NCBI GenBank assembly: GCA_051294375.1
Contig: CM119264.1
Coordinates: 30,938,146 to 31,002,145 of the forward strand
DNA length: 64,000 nt
Source of the DNA: Paraspadella gotoi
Lineage: Eukaryota > Animalia > Chaetognatha
Direction of reading: 5' to 3'
Under the pieces are notes generated by a model. It did not search any database and was not told the origin of the DNA. It saw only the letters and a program-made list of their open reading frames with translations. Within the stretch, counting starts at the first letter, position 1; every line of letters starts with the position of its first letter. Below are positions 14,301 to 26,975 of the stretch, piece after piece. A program made the translations under genes and the position numbers.

Positions 14301-16685
14301 GGTCGGTCTGTCGGTCGATCGGAATGTCCGTTTGTTGGTCTGTCCCATTTACGAGAAGGGTAAGGTACTATAAGACCTCTCAAGTTCACATGTACTTGTG
14401 CAGCTCCGTGATCATTTATAATAACGATCTTATTTTATTGTTTTGTAGTCACGTGATCACTTGAAAGTTGAAAATATAAGGGTAAAAAAGTTACCGCCGG
14501 AGGCCAAACTCATTGTAATTCACTGTAATTAATTTTTTTTTAAAAATCAAATTTAATTTAAACTACTTCTGTTACCAAATGTTAACTCTATACAACTATT
14601 CCTGTCTATTTCTCTTTCCCGCCCAGATTATTCCATTGTCGTCAGTCTCCGGAGTTTCTTCTTGTCAAAAAATCTTTTACTCTTTGCGTCAACCCATTCC
14701 TCACATCCCTTCCGACGACGACGACGAAGAAGTCGACCACCGATTCCAGGTCTGCCCTTCTCAGTCCTTCAGGCCGATTTGTATCGCGAGGAAATTCAGC
14801 CCACTCTTTTTATCGTGGACAACCACCGGACGGTTTACGTCTGGCAGGTGAAGTTTTAATTGTCCTTACTTTTTATTGTGCCTTCTTGCTTTCCTCAAAT
14901 TGACGGCGCTAAGAAATGAAAAAATGGCTGTCCTCCCCTAAAGTGATTCGTTTAGAGAAATTTACTCGTACATTTGAACAAAATTTAAGTAAAAAGAGAT
15001 GACATAGTTATCATAATAAATTTGGCTCAACCAAAACGAATCCATTCATTTTAAGCTTTTTCTTCCTGACATTAAACTGTAAACAAGCTTTCGATCAAGA
15101 CTCCAGTTTATTTCATTAACTCTATCAATTATACAATTGTTATATTGATATAATAACAATCAAATTTCTTTTTCCAGGGTTGGTGGCCCACGTCTACAGA
15201 AGAGGACGACAACGTCGTCACAGGCAGCGCCCTCTCTCGATTCGTCGCCGACCGAAAAATGCACGCTGGAAAACCGCGCTCAACTACGCTGCAGCCAAAA
15301 CGGCAGCTGCCGCGTCGGGAGCGGCGCGCGGCAGCAGCCACGATCCCCTGCCGCTTAGTTCAGGCGGGAATCGAACCCAAAGAATTTCAAGACATTTTTC
15401 CATTTTGGGTCGAACATACGGAGATTAAGGAGACCCGGATGAAGGAGGGAAGGAGGTTGGGGGAGGAGATGAGTGGTGAGTTGGGAGAGGGGGGAGGGGG
15501 GGGAGAAGAACGGAAGGGAAAGAAGAATGAGGAATGATTAGTAGGGTGAAGTGAAAGTTTGGAATCAAAATTTTGCAGTTATATCTTGAAAATTATTATA
15601 TTGGTGAATATTAATTTATTTTTTTTTAATAAATATAGTAGCCCAGTCAGTTTATTTTGTAGTATTACCTTTATACTTTATTACAATTTTAAAATGTTTT
15701 TTTTTAATTCTGAGAACAGATTCAGATTCTTCATTAAAAGTTGATAAAAGAAAATGTAAATCTTTTTTAAAAATTATGTTATTAAGTAAGTTAAAATTAT
15801 AAAATAAATATATTTTTATGCTGGAAATTAAAAATCGGCGTCTTAAATATATTTTTTTATATTTTTTAAAAAAAATTATTTTTTTATTATTAACTTTTTG
15901 TAACGAATCCAAATCCAATCTTAAGATTTAAAAATTTGAATTTTGAAATCTTTGCTATTATATACTATATATAAATATAGCTTATTGGTGCCCACTGTTA
16001 TATAAAATTAAAAAATAAATTTATTAAAGTATTTTTATTAGTTTTTGTTTTCATGTTCTATATGCTAAATTTTAATTTTATAAAATTTTATTATTTTTAC
16101 ATCACTCTACTGATTAGTGTGTGAGAAAAATTGAAATGGTAGAAAAATGGGACCAAAAAAAATAAGATAAAAACATTTTGAAAATTATCTCTTAATTCAA
16201 TAACTTAGCTATCTTACCTCTGACTTTGGACAGGCTATGATTTTTTAATGCTTCCATCACTCTTACAAGATAATAACATATCAGGTCCCTGCAAGACTCT
16301 CTCACAGTCTCGCTTATTCCTGGCTTTCCCTATCAATGAAGTTGTATAACATTTTATGAACTGTTTCAAACGTATAAAAGAATTAGATCCGACTATATGT
16401 TTATAATGTTGTATGATTTATATATTTTTAATCTTTTTCCTCCCCTCTTCTGTCCACTCCCCCCCCCCAGTCTCGGACGAGCTTTCTCGAATGACCTCAA
16501 CGCGCTACACTCTCGATCAGCTCGTCGACGCGAATCTCCTTCCGTCCCACGTGGATCCGTCTCGGCTGGAGGCATACCTCCTTCCAGAGGAGTTCCAGCG
16601 CGTCTTCAATGTGGACGAAGAGACCTTTTTGGCCATGCCCCAATGGAAGCAGGCCAATTTGAAGAAGGAGGCCGGATTGTTTTGA
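3204..16685 (+). CDS. SVIL: Supervillin (gelsolin/villin family; gelsolin repeats plus villin headpiece), multi-exon, 5'-partial. Approx. exons: 3204-3309, 3568-3655, 4010-4143, 5128-5290, 5620-5762, 5906-6015, 6197-6360, 6741-6889, 7054-7150, 7549-7685, 8323-8461, 8832-9162, 10216-10387, 10806-10892, (gap), ~11811-11865, 12034-12154, 12826-12959, 13464-13669, 13968-14172, 14627-14847, 15178-15475, 16471-16685
   Basis: GT-AG exons give supervillin-type motifs: [96 protein letters not shown] and [37 protein letters not shown]. The C-terminal headpiece is [30 protein letters not shown]. Apparent frameshifts occur in the exons at ~10.25, 14.64-14.76 and 15.26 kb. Confidence 0.93.
6303..6645 (+). 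repeat. ~75-80-bp tandem repeat x4-5 duplicating a supervillin exon 3' end and donor
   Basis: gatgtca(c/t)ttcc(g/a)gattggctgaaaaggagctgaagagagtgaagagagagaatgc..(GA)n is repeated. Confidence 0.93.
12643..12858 (+). repeat. 58-bp tandem repeat x4 duplicating a supervillin splice acceptor
   Basis: ttttctcag|ggcaaagagtcgccggcc with AG ending at 12651, 12709, 12767 and 12825. Confidence 0.95.
16471..16685 (+). CDS. SVIL: Terminal exon of supervillin encoding the villin headpiece domain
   Basis: [39 protein letters not shown] matches the headpiece consensus and follows a ccccag acceptor. Confidence 0.95.
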
Positions 16686-17809
16686 TATGGAAGAAGTGCT
16701 TATTGGCCTCGCCACTAAGGAAACGGGGCCAATTTGAAGGAAGAGGCCGGATTGTTAAAATGGAGGGAAAAATAAGTTTTTGTCCATGCAACGAAAGCGG
16801 GCTTATCTCTGGATAGCTACTTTGCCATGCCAATCTCCCTGGATAGCTACTTTGCCATGCCAATCTCTCTTTTGGATGGCATTTTGTTACGCGATAAGAA
16901 GAAAGGCGTTCCCTCTGTAGATTAGAAACTCTCCGCTATTACGTTACCCTGTATTTTCATATTGAAAATAGTATTCTCAGCGTAGAGTCGACGGCTTCGT
17001 TAGTCAAACTCTGTATTCGTCTTATTTTAAAACAAAGTTAATGTTATCTTTTTTGCTGTGTTGGTTTTTTATCATTTAAAGAAGAAAAAGCAGAACTTTT
17101 TTAAATTTAAGGTTAACAAACGATTTTAGATTATTTATCCCAAATTTTTTTTCTATTTTTTTCCTAGTCTCTTTTTTTTTTTGCCTCCATCGTGCAATCG
17201 AAATTTTTGCCTTGAAAAAAAAAAATGCTTGTTTTGAATTTTTTTTCCCCCATTTTTAAATTCGTTGAATGTTTTATTTTATTTATTGTTTTATTTTTCT
17301 TTTTTTATTGGATGCAATCAATAAACTTTCCATCTTTTGTTGATTCGCGTAATAACGAAATAAAAAATGACCATTGATAAAAGATTTGTTTTAGTTTCGT
17401 AAAGTTTAGCTAGGAAAATAAAATTTCTTGAATGCGGCAAGACAATATTTTAGTCTTCGTACTTTTGCAATGTGATGACTAATGAACAAGTAGCCAATAA
17501 TAAAAAATTTTTACTCTTTTTTTGTGTAATTAGTCTACTATAATTCGGCAAAGTAATATTTGTGCAGAAGTTTTTAAAGTATGGCAAGATTTTGACAAAA
17601 TATTTGAACAAATTCTCCGCGAAGTTGGCTGCTATAACATTTCTTCAATTCTCTATTTCACTCCCTCTCTATTTCACTCCTCTGCCTCTCTCTTCTCTTT
17701 TCTTTTCTCTATTTGTCGTCTCTATTTCTCTTCTCTATTTCCCTCCTCTCTCCTTAACCTCTCTTTTTTCCCTCCACATCTTCCTCAGCCTCTTCTCTAT
17801 TTCTCTTCT

Positions 17810-20481
17810 CTATTTCCCTCCTCTCTCCTTAACCTCTTTTTCTCCCTCCACATCTTCCTCAGCCTCTCTCTTCCCGCATTGTTCCTCAAATGGAGCCATC
17901 CTTTCCTCGTCAAAATGATGACGGCGCCCAACACCATAATTCCTCCGCCCCAAAGAAACGAGTAGACGTAAGATCCAGTCGCGTCGCGAATCGCGCCTAA
18001 ATTTAAAAAAAAAGTTTTTTAGTCGAATCTGCTTATCAGCAGATTCCGACTCTTTAATTCACTTTGTCGGTCCGCCCCCTCGATCTTGTCGGGCATTCAC
18101 TTATATCATGTCAGAACATCGAATTATGATGTCCGTCCGTCCGTCTGTCCGTCCGTCCGTCCCGATGAATTAATTGAGGTTTAAAGAAATGTTTTAAAAA
18201 ATGACAATTCAGAAAATAAATCCCAGCTCGTTGAGCGACTCAAATTCAAAAAGGATTTATTTCTTCAATATCATTTGCATATTGCAGTGTTATGATTAAT
18301 TATAAAGAAAGTTTATTCTATACCTGTTGACTGCATGGACTGCCAAGATTATTTATTCTCGGAATATAGGTTTAGACGATTTTACTTTTATCACGAGGTC
18401 CACTCTATTTCTTGAGTATTAATAAAAATTAAGAAAAAAATATATTCCCAAGAGCAGCTTTTCAGAATCGATCATTTAACAAAAAATTGTCATTTAACTT
18501 GGATAAAATGGATCATTTATGGCAGTAATTTCTTTAGCGGAATTCAGCAAAAAACCACTTTTTGCAATATTGCTAGAATATTATCAACAGAATTGATTAA
18601 ATTTGAACCCTAAGACAAATGAAATCATACGCTACCCAAGATTTTTTTTCGAACATTTTAAAGATTTTTATACATCCAGTATGATATAAATGCAAAAAAA
18701 TGAGTGAGAATGAGAAAAAGATAAGAGAAGAGAGAGCATGGGAGAAAAAAAAAGTTGCAGGGAGAGAGAGAAAGAGTGAAAAGAAATTAATATATGGGGA
18801 GAAGGGGGAGAACAAAAACAATTAAGAGAAAAGAAAAGATAAGAAAGAGGGAAGAAAAAGAATCAGAGAGAAAAGTAGAGATAGAGAGGAAGAGAAATAA
18901 AGGTAAGAAAAGAAGGGATGACACAGAGAAATATGAGGACAGAAAAGTCGGAGAAAGGGAGAGAAAGACAGAGAGAAAAAGAGAGGGACAGAGAGAAGGT
19001 TCAAGAGAGAAAAAAAATAGTGGAAAAATTGGAAAAAAGTTTTAAAATATAACGTTCCGTTTTTTTTGCCTAAGCTGTAGTATATCTAAAAAACGCGATA
19101 GATCTGACGAGCAATTTAATCTTTAAAAGTTACCCTTAGTAAGGCCTTACCATGAAAAATCGTTTTAGTTTCATCTTAATTAGAGCAGATACCGTAATTA
19201 GAATAACTAAGGTAAAAGAAATTACGTCTTACCGTATTTTGAAAGCATAGAAATTCACCCAGTGAGGTCGATGTTATAAGGAGAAATTAACTAGAGCCAA
19301 CCGTTTTTTTAAATAAAACGTGTTTTATATTAATCAGTGGAAAAAAAAGAAATAATAGTTATATAAGTTTCAATTTTATTGTTGAAAATACCCGAATAGA
19401 AATCACTGCCTAATATGATCGTGTTAATAATGTTTTTGGTATTAAAATTAAACAAAAAAAAATTGTTCGCTGTCATCATAAAAGCACTCTCACTCTGGTA
19501 ATGTCGGATTCACTTACTTATTTACTTACTTTTACATTTGGAAATTTTACTTTTGTCGATTAATGATTAATTATGGCAACAGCNNNNNNNNNNTGGAAAT
19601 TTTACTTTTATCGATTAATGATTAATAATCATAGATTATACGTTTTATAAAATAAAAATAAAAAGTAACAAAAATCTTAAAAAGCGGTAGCAAAGAAACG
19701 TATAGCACCTGCAGCAGCACCTGCAGCAGCATCTGAAACCTCACCTGCAATGGGCGGACCGGCGACGATAGCGACGCCTTGAAAGAGAACGGTTAAACCG
19801 AAGGAAGATGAAATCTTATCGAGACCTAAAATGTCGACGAGGATGACAGCCATCACGGACTGATACGCGCCTGAAAGGGAATAGTTATTAATGATAGTTA
19901 TCGCTTATCAGTCATCAGTATCATAATCGCTGATACGAGCGCGTGGATGATAGAATTTCGGCCCGATTTTCAGATTTCAAAATAAAAAAAAATTTAAGTT
20001 TAAAAATTAGGTTAAGGGTTTAAAATAAAGATTAATTTAGGGATTAGGTTAAACTTAAAGTAATTAGGGTTAGGGGCTAGGGTTAGTAGTTAAGGATAAG
20101 AGTTAAGAATAAAATTAATCCAACGGATTAAGAACTGAAATAGAACGGTTTCGGAAAATACGGCCGGGATTGTGGTGAGGATTATTATGGAAATTAGGTA
20201 ATTAAGGAAATATAGTGAGGATGTGAGCAAAAATAAGCTACCTCTCTCTCTCTACCTCTCTCCAAAAAAAAAAATCTGACAAAAAATCCCATGAAAAAAA
20301 ATAACTGAAAGAATTTTTGCAATTTTTTTTTTATTTCAAGATTTAAACTTTTCAATGAACAAATTTACTAATTTTAATAACCAATTAAATACTACCGATC
20401 TAATAATAATCGATATATTCTTTTTGACCGCGAGATTTATCGACCCAGCAAAAACCGAGCAAGTTCTCCCTCTCCGCCAAT

Positions 20482-20558
<77 letters not shown>

Positions 20559-22603
20559 TCACATAAAGTCTCTGATGCTTAAATCTTCGTCGCCGAAAAT
20601 TCGATCGAATTGAGTTCGAGTCGACGAAGTTGTTGAGAGGACGCCGGGAGAGGATGCTCGAAGGTTGTCGTCGTCGTCGTCGTTGAGGTCGTCGTCCAGA
20701 TTGAGGGACTCAGTAATGCTGGAAGAAGAAGAAGATGGTTCGAATTAGTTGAAACAAATAGAAACCCTGGCAGCTTCAGATTTTTTGGCCTTATTTTCTG
20801 AAAGCGTCCCATTTTATCTTAAATTCGGGATTAATTTAGTTTTGAGGTTTTAAGATTAGGTTAAAAATTTAAGTTATGGATTAGGTTAAAGAAAAGGTTT
20901 TAAGTTAAGTATTTGGGTTAGGGATTCTGTTTCGGGATTATTTTTTTAGGATAGGGTAAGACATTGTATTTAATCTCTCTTCTCGTTGCAAAAATTATTT
21001 TAAAAAAAAGATTTTATTTTTGCTAATAATTATTATTAGGTAAAACAGTACATGTTTCGACTCTTCATCAGCGTTTAATTTGTTAAAGAGTTAAAGAATA
21101 CTATAATAAATTAAAGTTAAGGATTACGTTATAAATTTTTTAATTAAATTTAAATTTTAAATTAAATTTAACAGAATTGGGGCGCTTTTGAAAAAAAGAA
21201 ACAGTTTTTTTCTTGAAGTTCGGATCTATCAGCCCTATCCGACTTGGGGCTAGAACCCGGGACCTCTAATCTTTAGAGTGGAAGATTTTAACCCATAAGA
21301 CGACTAGGGCTGTTGTCATTAACAGCCTCTTTTAACGGGTAAGTGATGCTACAACTCTCCATCAGACCTTACCTTCCTTCTCCAGTCACGACGAGTTTCG
21401 GAACGATGCTCATTTGTTTTTCCATCTTATTCGTCGTCCCCGATCGCCTTTCCCCGATCGCCGTTCCCTCTCTTCGCCTTTCCCGTTCGCCGTTCCTCTC
21501 TTCGCCTTTCCCCGTTCGCCGTTCCCTCTCTTTCGCCTTTCCCCGTTCGCCGTTCCCTCTCTTCGCCTTTCCCGTTCGCCGTTCCCTCTCTTCGCCTTTC
21601 CCCGTTCGCCGTTCCCTCTCTTCGCCTTTCCCCGTTCGCCGTTCCCTCTCTTCGCCTTTCCCCGTTCGCCGTTCCCTCTCTTCGCCTTTCAAGTTCGCCG
21701 TTCCCTCTCTTCGCCTTTCCAAGTTCGCCGTTCCCTCTCTTCGCCTTTCCCCGTTCGCCGTTCCCTCTCTACTTCGCCGCGACCTACTCGACCTGGTCTG
21801 ACTTCCTTCGTCTTCTTTATCGGTCGATCCGACGCTAAACCGACTCGAAGGAAACGCCCGACGAAGACTCTCGGCGTCGGGCAGAAATTCTCTCGATTTG
21901 GCCGACAAAGATGCCCGCCATTCATCTCCACGAGCGAACGCGTCTCGACCGAGAGAAGCCGCGCGATTGAAGATGCTCGGCCCAGCCTCGGAGGCTGGAC
22001 GAGGAAGGGGCGTGGCCATTTCCGCTTCGAAAGTAGGCGTGGCCGATCGAAGATTCGGCGCCGAGACGCTGGTCTCCTTTGGCGTCGTCTGAGTCAGCGA
22101 CGCTAGCGACGCCGAGCGGAGAATTCGATCTTTGACTCGAGAAAGATGGAAGTCGGTGGAGGAGAGGGTGTTGGCGAAAGAGTTGGAGAGGGAGCGAGGG
22201 AGGGAAGAGAGGGAGGAGAGGGAGGCGCGAGACCATGGGCGAGGGTATTCCTCTTCTTCCTCATCTTGCTCTTCTTCTTCCTCCTCCTTCTCTTCCTCCT
22301 CTTCCTCTTTTTCGTCGTTGTTGTTGTCGTCGACGTTGCCTTCTTCTTCCTCCCCGGAGAGGCTCGACCGGTCTCGTCCGGAGCGCAAATCTTTCGTCAT
22401 CTCGCTTCTCACTTTCTCCTTCAGCCTTTGGATGACCTGCGAGAATTTTTTTGGGAAGACAAACGTTTTAATTTAATTTGCATATTGCAGTAAAGATTAG
22501 TTATCGTCGTTACTGCAACTGCTGATTAAGTGATCACTGACAACTGGTCAGTCTGCATCCAACTTTGGTCGTTTACTTCATTCCATACTGGTTTCTGTAT
22601 CAA

Positions 22604-22659
<56 letters not shown>

Positions 22660-22768
22660 TTCCCTCCCTCCTCATTTCAACTTGCCTTTTTAATCCTCAT
22701 GATGTCCCTTCTTTCAGTCTTGTGCCAATCGCCCTGATGACATTTACAACCCCTGATTCTCTCAAACG

Positions 22769-22833
<65 letters not shown>

Positions 22834-25800
22834 CCTCCCTCCCTCCCTCCTTTCAACTCGCCTTATTAATCCTCATGACGTCCTCTTCCCCATGCGCCAA
22901 TCGCCTGATCGACATTCCATCGCCTGATTCCCTCAACACGGTCTCCAAGTATCGGATTGTGCGAAGAACGGATTCCGTGTCGTGATCGGGCGATGGGTTG
23001 GGAGGACGAGGCGGAATTTTAACTTCGACCTGGAAGTGTTTAGGTTTTATGCATAAATATTAATAAAATTAATAATATTATTAATCTTTCTCCCATTCAT
23101 TTTTTATTTCCATTTTCATTTGTCCTTTGCATTTTTAATTTCCATTTTCTATTTTTATTTTCCATTTCCGTTTATCCTTTTCATTTTTCCTTTTCGTTTT
23201 TCAATTTTCCTTTTCATTTTTTAGTTGCGCCGCGAGTACTCGCGGAGCAACTCTATAAGTCACTGTCTGTCAGTCCATCGGTCGGTCGGTCCTTCGATCA
23301 GTAGGTCAATATGTCTGTCCGTCGGTCTGTCCCACTTACGTTAAAAATGCACATAATTTGCCTATAGATGTTTGCTCATTTGTTGAGACTGGAAAAAACC
23401 TCAAATCTAAGTGACTGGTAGCGCCGCCTTCAGGAAATCCTCAAACTATTAAAGAAAACATTCGAATTCCGGTTATTGTTGTTTTCTTTTTTCATTTCTT
23501 CTTTTTAAATTCCATTTCCATTTCCATTTCCCCCTTCCTATTTCCACTCCCCTCCCATCTTTTCCCTTCCTTAACTCACCGCCCCTTTATACTTCTCCTC
23601 CGCCGCTGCCTTAACTTTAGCCAAATCGGCCGTCAGGGCCGTTTTCAGCCTCTTTAGCTCGAAATGAGGATCGTTCTCCACGTCGACGAAGCCCCAAGGA
23701 TAAACTCTTGACCGCAGCACGGATTTCTGCTGCAGCACGACTTGATTTGATCCGCAGACGGCGAGCGGAGCAGCGGAGTCGCCGCCGACGCTGTAGCAGG
23801 ATAGATCGAGCAGACGAATTTGATCTTCGACGACTCGTTTCATTTCTGAGATTTCGGATGAAGTCAGCGAATCGGATTTGGCGATGAGAAGGATAATGGG
23901 GACTTTTTCTTCCAAGGCTCTGATAGAGAGAGTAGGGGATGGACAGAGAGAGAGAGAGAGAGAGAGAGGGGGTGATTAGTGGATTAGAAAAAAGGCCTCC
24001 ACGTTTGTTTTCAACTCTAGTATATAATTACGTAGGTGCAAAAAAAAACCTTAAATATGAGTTAGTTCAGTTCGTTTAAATTGTTAGTTATTAATAGTAC
24101 ACCGTGACCATTTGAAACCCGCCGCTATAAAAAATTCACCATATAAAAACCCATAAAGATTTTAACATTTTAAAAATAGATATATAAAGACTGATTTTTT
24201 ATGTATAATTTTCTTGAAAATTGATTTTGTTTTGAGTTTGTAATGAGCGAAAAAAAAGTAAAGAGCAAATTCAAGCTTTTCAATCAGAAATTAAAAAAAA
24301 TTTGTTACCTGGAATTGATGGCTCTGTTAAACAATAATAATCTCAAATAATCATAAACCGAAAGAAATGATATTTATACATAAAAAATGAGTATGTTTTG
24401 TCTTTAAGTATCTCTTTTTAAAATTTTAAAACCTCTTTACGTTTTCCTTTTGTAAATTTTTTCTAGCGGCGGGTTTCAAATGGTCACGGTGTAAACTTCA
24501 AACTCCGTTAAACCTTCAAAATTACACGATATCATATGAATATTACATATTTTACAAATCTGTCAAACCTCAGCGCCGCTATCTCCAACGGCTGCAGCCC
24601 GTGCTCCGTTGGCGGCAGAAAGAACAAGCAACAGTGAACGCGTTCGTCCTCAGCAGCCGCAGCTACCGCCGTCGTCGCCCTCTCTCCGCTGCGAATCAAG
24701 AAAGCATCCAATCGCTCGTCCACGTGCGCCGCGATGCTTCGAATGGCGGTTCTGTTGTCGACGAGGTCTCCGAATCCCGGAGTGTCGATGAGTCTAACTC
24801 GGATATCGACTCCGTTTTCTGTCAAAATCATTTCTCGCTCTTCGATCTGTGTTGTCTTTAAAGTTCGAAGATCGATGCGGATCGGTGCGGCGGCGGCGGC
24901 GGCGTCTGAAGCGGCAGCGTCGTCGTCGTCGTCGTCGCTCTCAAAAGCCGAGACGATGCAGAATCTTTTTCCGGCGCCGAGTTTTGTCTTCAATAGATTT
25001 TCCTCTCGGTCAATTTCGTCGGCGAATGAATTTTCCGGCGAAATTTGAAAATCCAATTCGGACCAATTTTCGAGCAAATCTTCGACCAAATCTTTGATTA
25101 AATCTTTTAATAAATCTTCCATTAAATCTTCCATTAAATCTTCATCAGAATCCGACTCCGACTCCCTTCCCGACATCATTTCACGATTTTCGAACTCGTC
25201 GGCTCCTTTGTCGGTCTGGCCGTCGGTCCGGCCGTCGGTCCGTTCGTCCGTCGATGCTCTTAAGTCCGTCAACGATTTCAATTTTCTCCCTTGGAAATTC
25301 TGTCGGCCCGTGACGATCATTTGCGATTTGCATCTCTGGCCTTTTAACAAAGAGAAGAGACTTTTTCACCCGAAACTCCAAGTCATTTTCTCGTCTTTTC
25401 GACAAAGAAAAACCGGTATCACAAATCACTCTTCACGACGACGAAAGAGATTTAGAAGAGAGACCAAATCTCAAACGAGTCTTCAGGCACAAAAATCACT
25501 TTACCGAGAACGCGGTTTCACTGGCGAACTTTCACGAGAAAGAATTAATTCCAAGAAATGCCAAATCTCAAAATTGTATGCGGTTGATGAAATTGAATTT
25601 TTCATTTCGATATCCTCAAACTTCAACCGATTACAATAACGAGAGGGATTTTAGAAAATAAATCTCTATCCGAAATCATTATCCACGATACGGAAGACAT
25701 TTACCTCGAAACGTGAAATCACAAATGTGCGTCGGTGAAGAAATCAGAACTTACTTCCAAGAAATGCCGAATCACTTTCCGGCATTCACAAAGTAGGAAT

Positions 25801-26943
25801 TCTCCTCTGGCGATGGAGAAATATTCACATCTCAATTAGACGATAAGATCAAAAACTCGTAGCGAAACATGATTCACTTATTCATCAATTCGAGGAGATG
25901 AATCTTGTCNNNNNNNNNNNNNNNNNNNNNNNNNATATTTCTCCATCGCCAGAGAGAATTCCTACTTTGTGAATGCCGGAAAGTGATTCGGCATTTCTTG
26001 GAGTAAGTCTGATTTCTTCACCGACGCACATTTGTGATTTCACGTTTCGAGGTAAATGTCTTTCCGTATCGTGGATAATGATTTCGGATAGAGATTTATT
26101 TTCTAAATCCCTCTCGTTATTGTAATCGGTTGAAGTTTGAGGATATCGAAATGAAAATTCAATTTCATCAACGCGCATACAATTTTGAGATTTGGCATTT
26201 CTTGGAATTAATTCTTTCTCGTGAAAGTTCGCCAGTGAAACCGGTGTCTCGGTAAAAGTGATTTTTGTGCCTGAAGACTCGTTTGAGATTTTGGTCTCTC
26301 TTCTAAATCTCTTTCGTCGTCGTGAAGAGTGATTTGTGATACGGTTTTTCTTTGTCGAAAAGAACGAGAAAATGACTTGGAGTTTCGGGGTGAAAAAAGT
26401 CTCTTCTCTTTGTTAAAAACATTTGAGATTTAATCTTTCGTTCAAAATGTTTTTCGATTTTCAGCTAAGTTAGTTTGTGACTTGATTTGTGTTTTCAAAA
26501 CATTTTCTTATTTACGGTTTTGTTTAGTGGTAGATGTTTCTTCCCCTTGGCAGAAAAACTTCTCTTTGATTGAGGCAAATTTGAGATTTGGTTTTCCTCT
26601 CTAAATTCATTTTTTCTTCGCGAAGACAAATTTGAGATTTAGATTTAAAATTTGGCGGGAAAAGAGTTGAGGCGAACGAAGGCTGAGCTTGAGATGACGA
26701 GTTTGCCTGGGGTAACAAAGAATAAAAGATAAATTATAATATTTAATATAATATATATTATATAATATCATTATTCTGGGGAGCGATAGAGAAGAGGAAC
26801 CTCATGCCTTATATTAGTTGATGCATTAGGTGTTTTTTTTAATTCAATAATTATTTAAATCTGTTTTGTATTTTAGTCCTGCGGAAAACCAGGACCCTCC
26901 TCTCTCTTTTCTCCCTCTGCTCTCTCTTCTCGTCTCTCTTCTC

Positions 26944-26975
<32 letters not shown>

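Noticed and set aside
10216-15300. Frameshifts in supervillin exons suggesting a pseudogene or programmed frameshifting
   Set aside because: The indels are small, several fall in homopolymer runs, and they recur across genes in a gapped draft while motifs and splice sites stay conserved; sequencing error is the simpler explanation.
20005-20110. TTAGGG-like tracts (also ~20850-20930 and 60395-60430) as interstitial telomeres
   Set aside because: They are short and degenerate, and more likely belong to a dispersed repeat.
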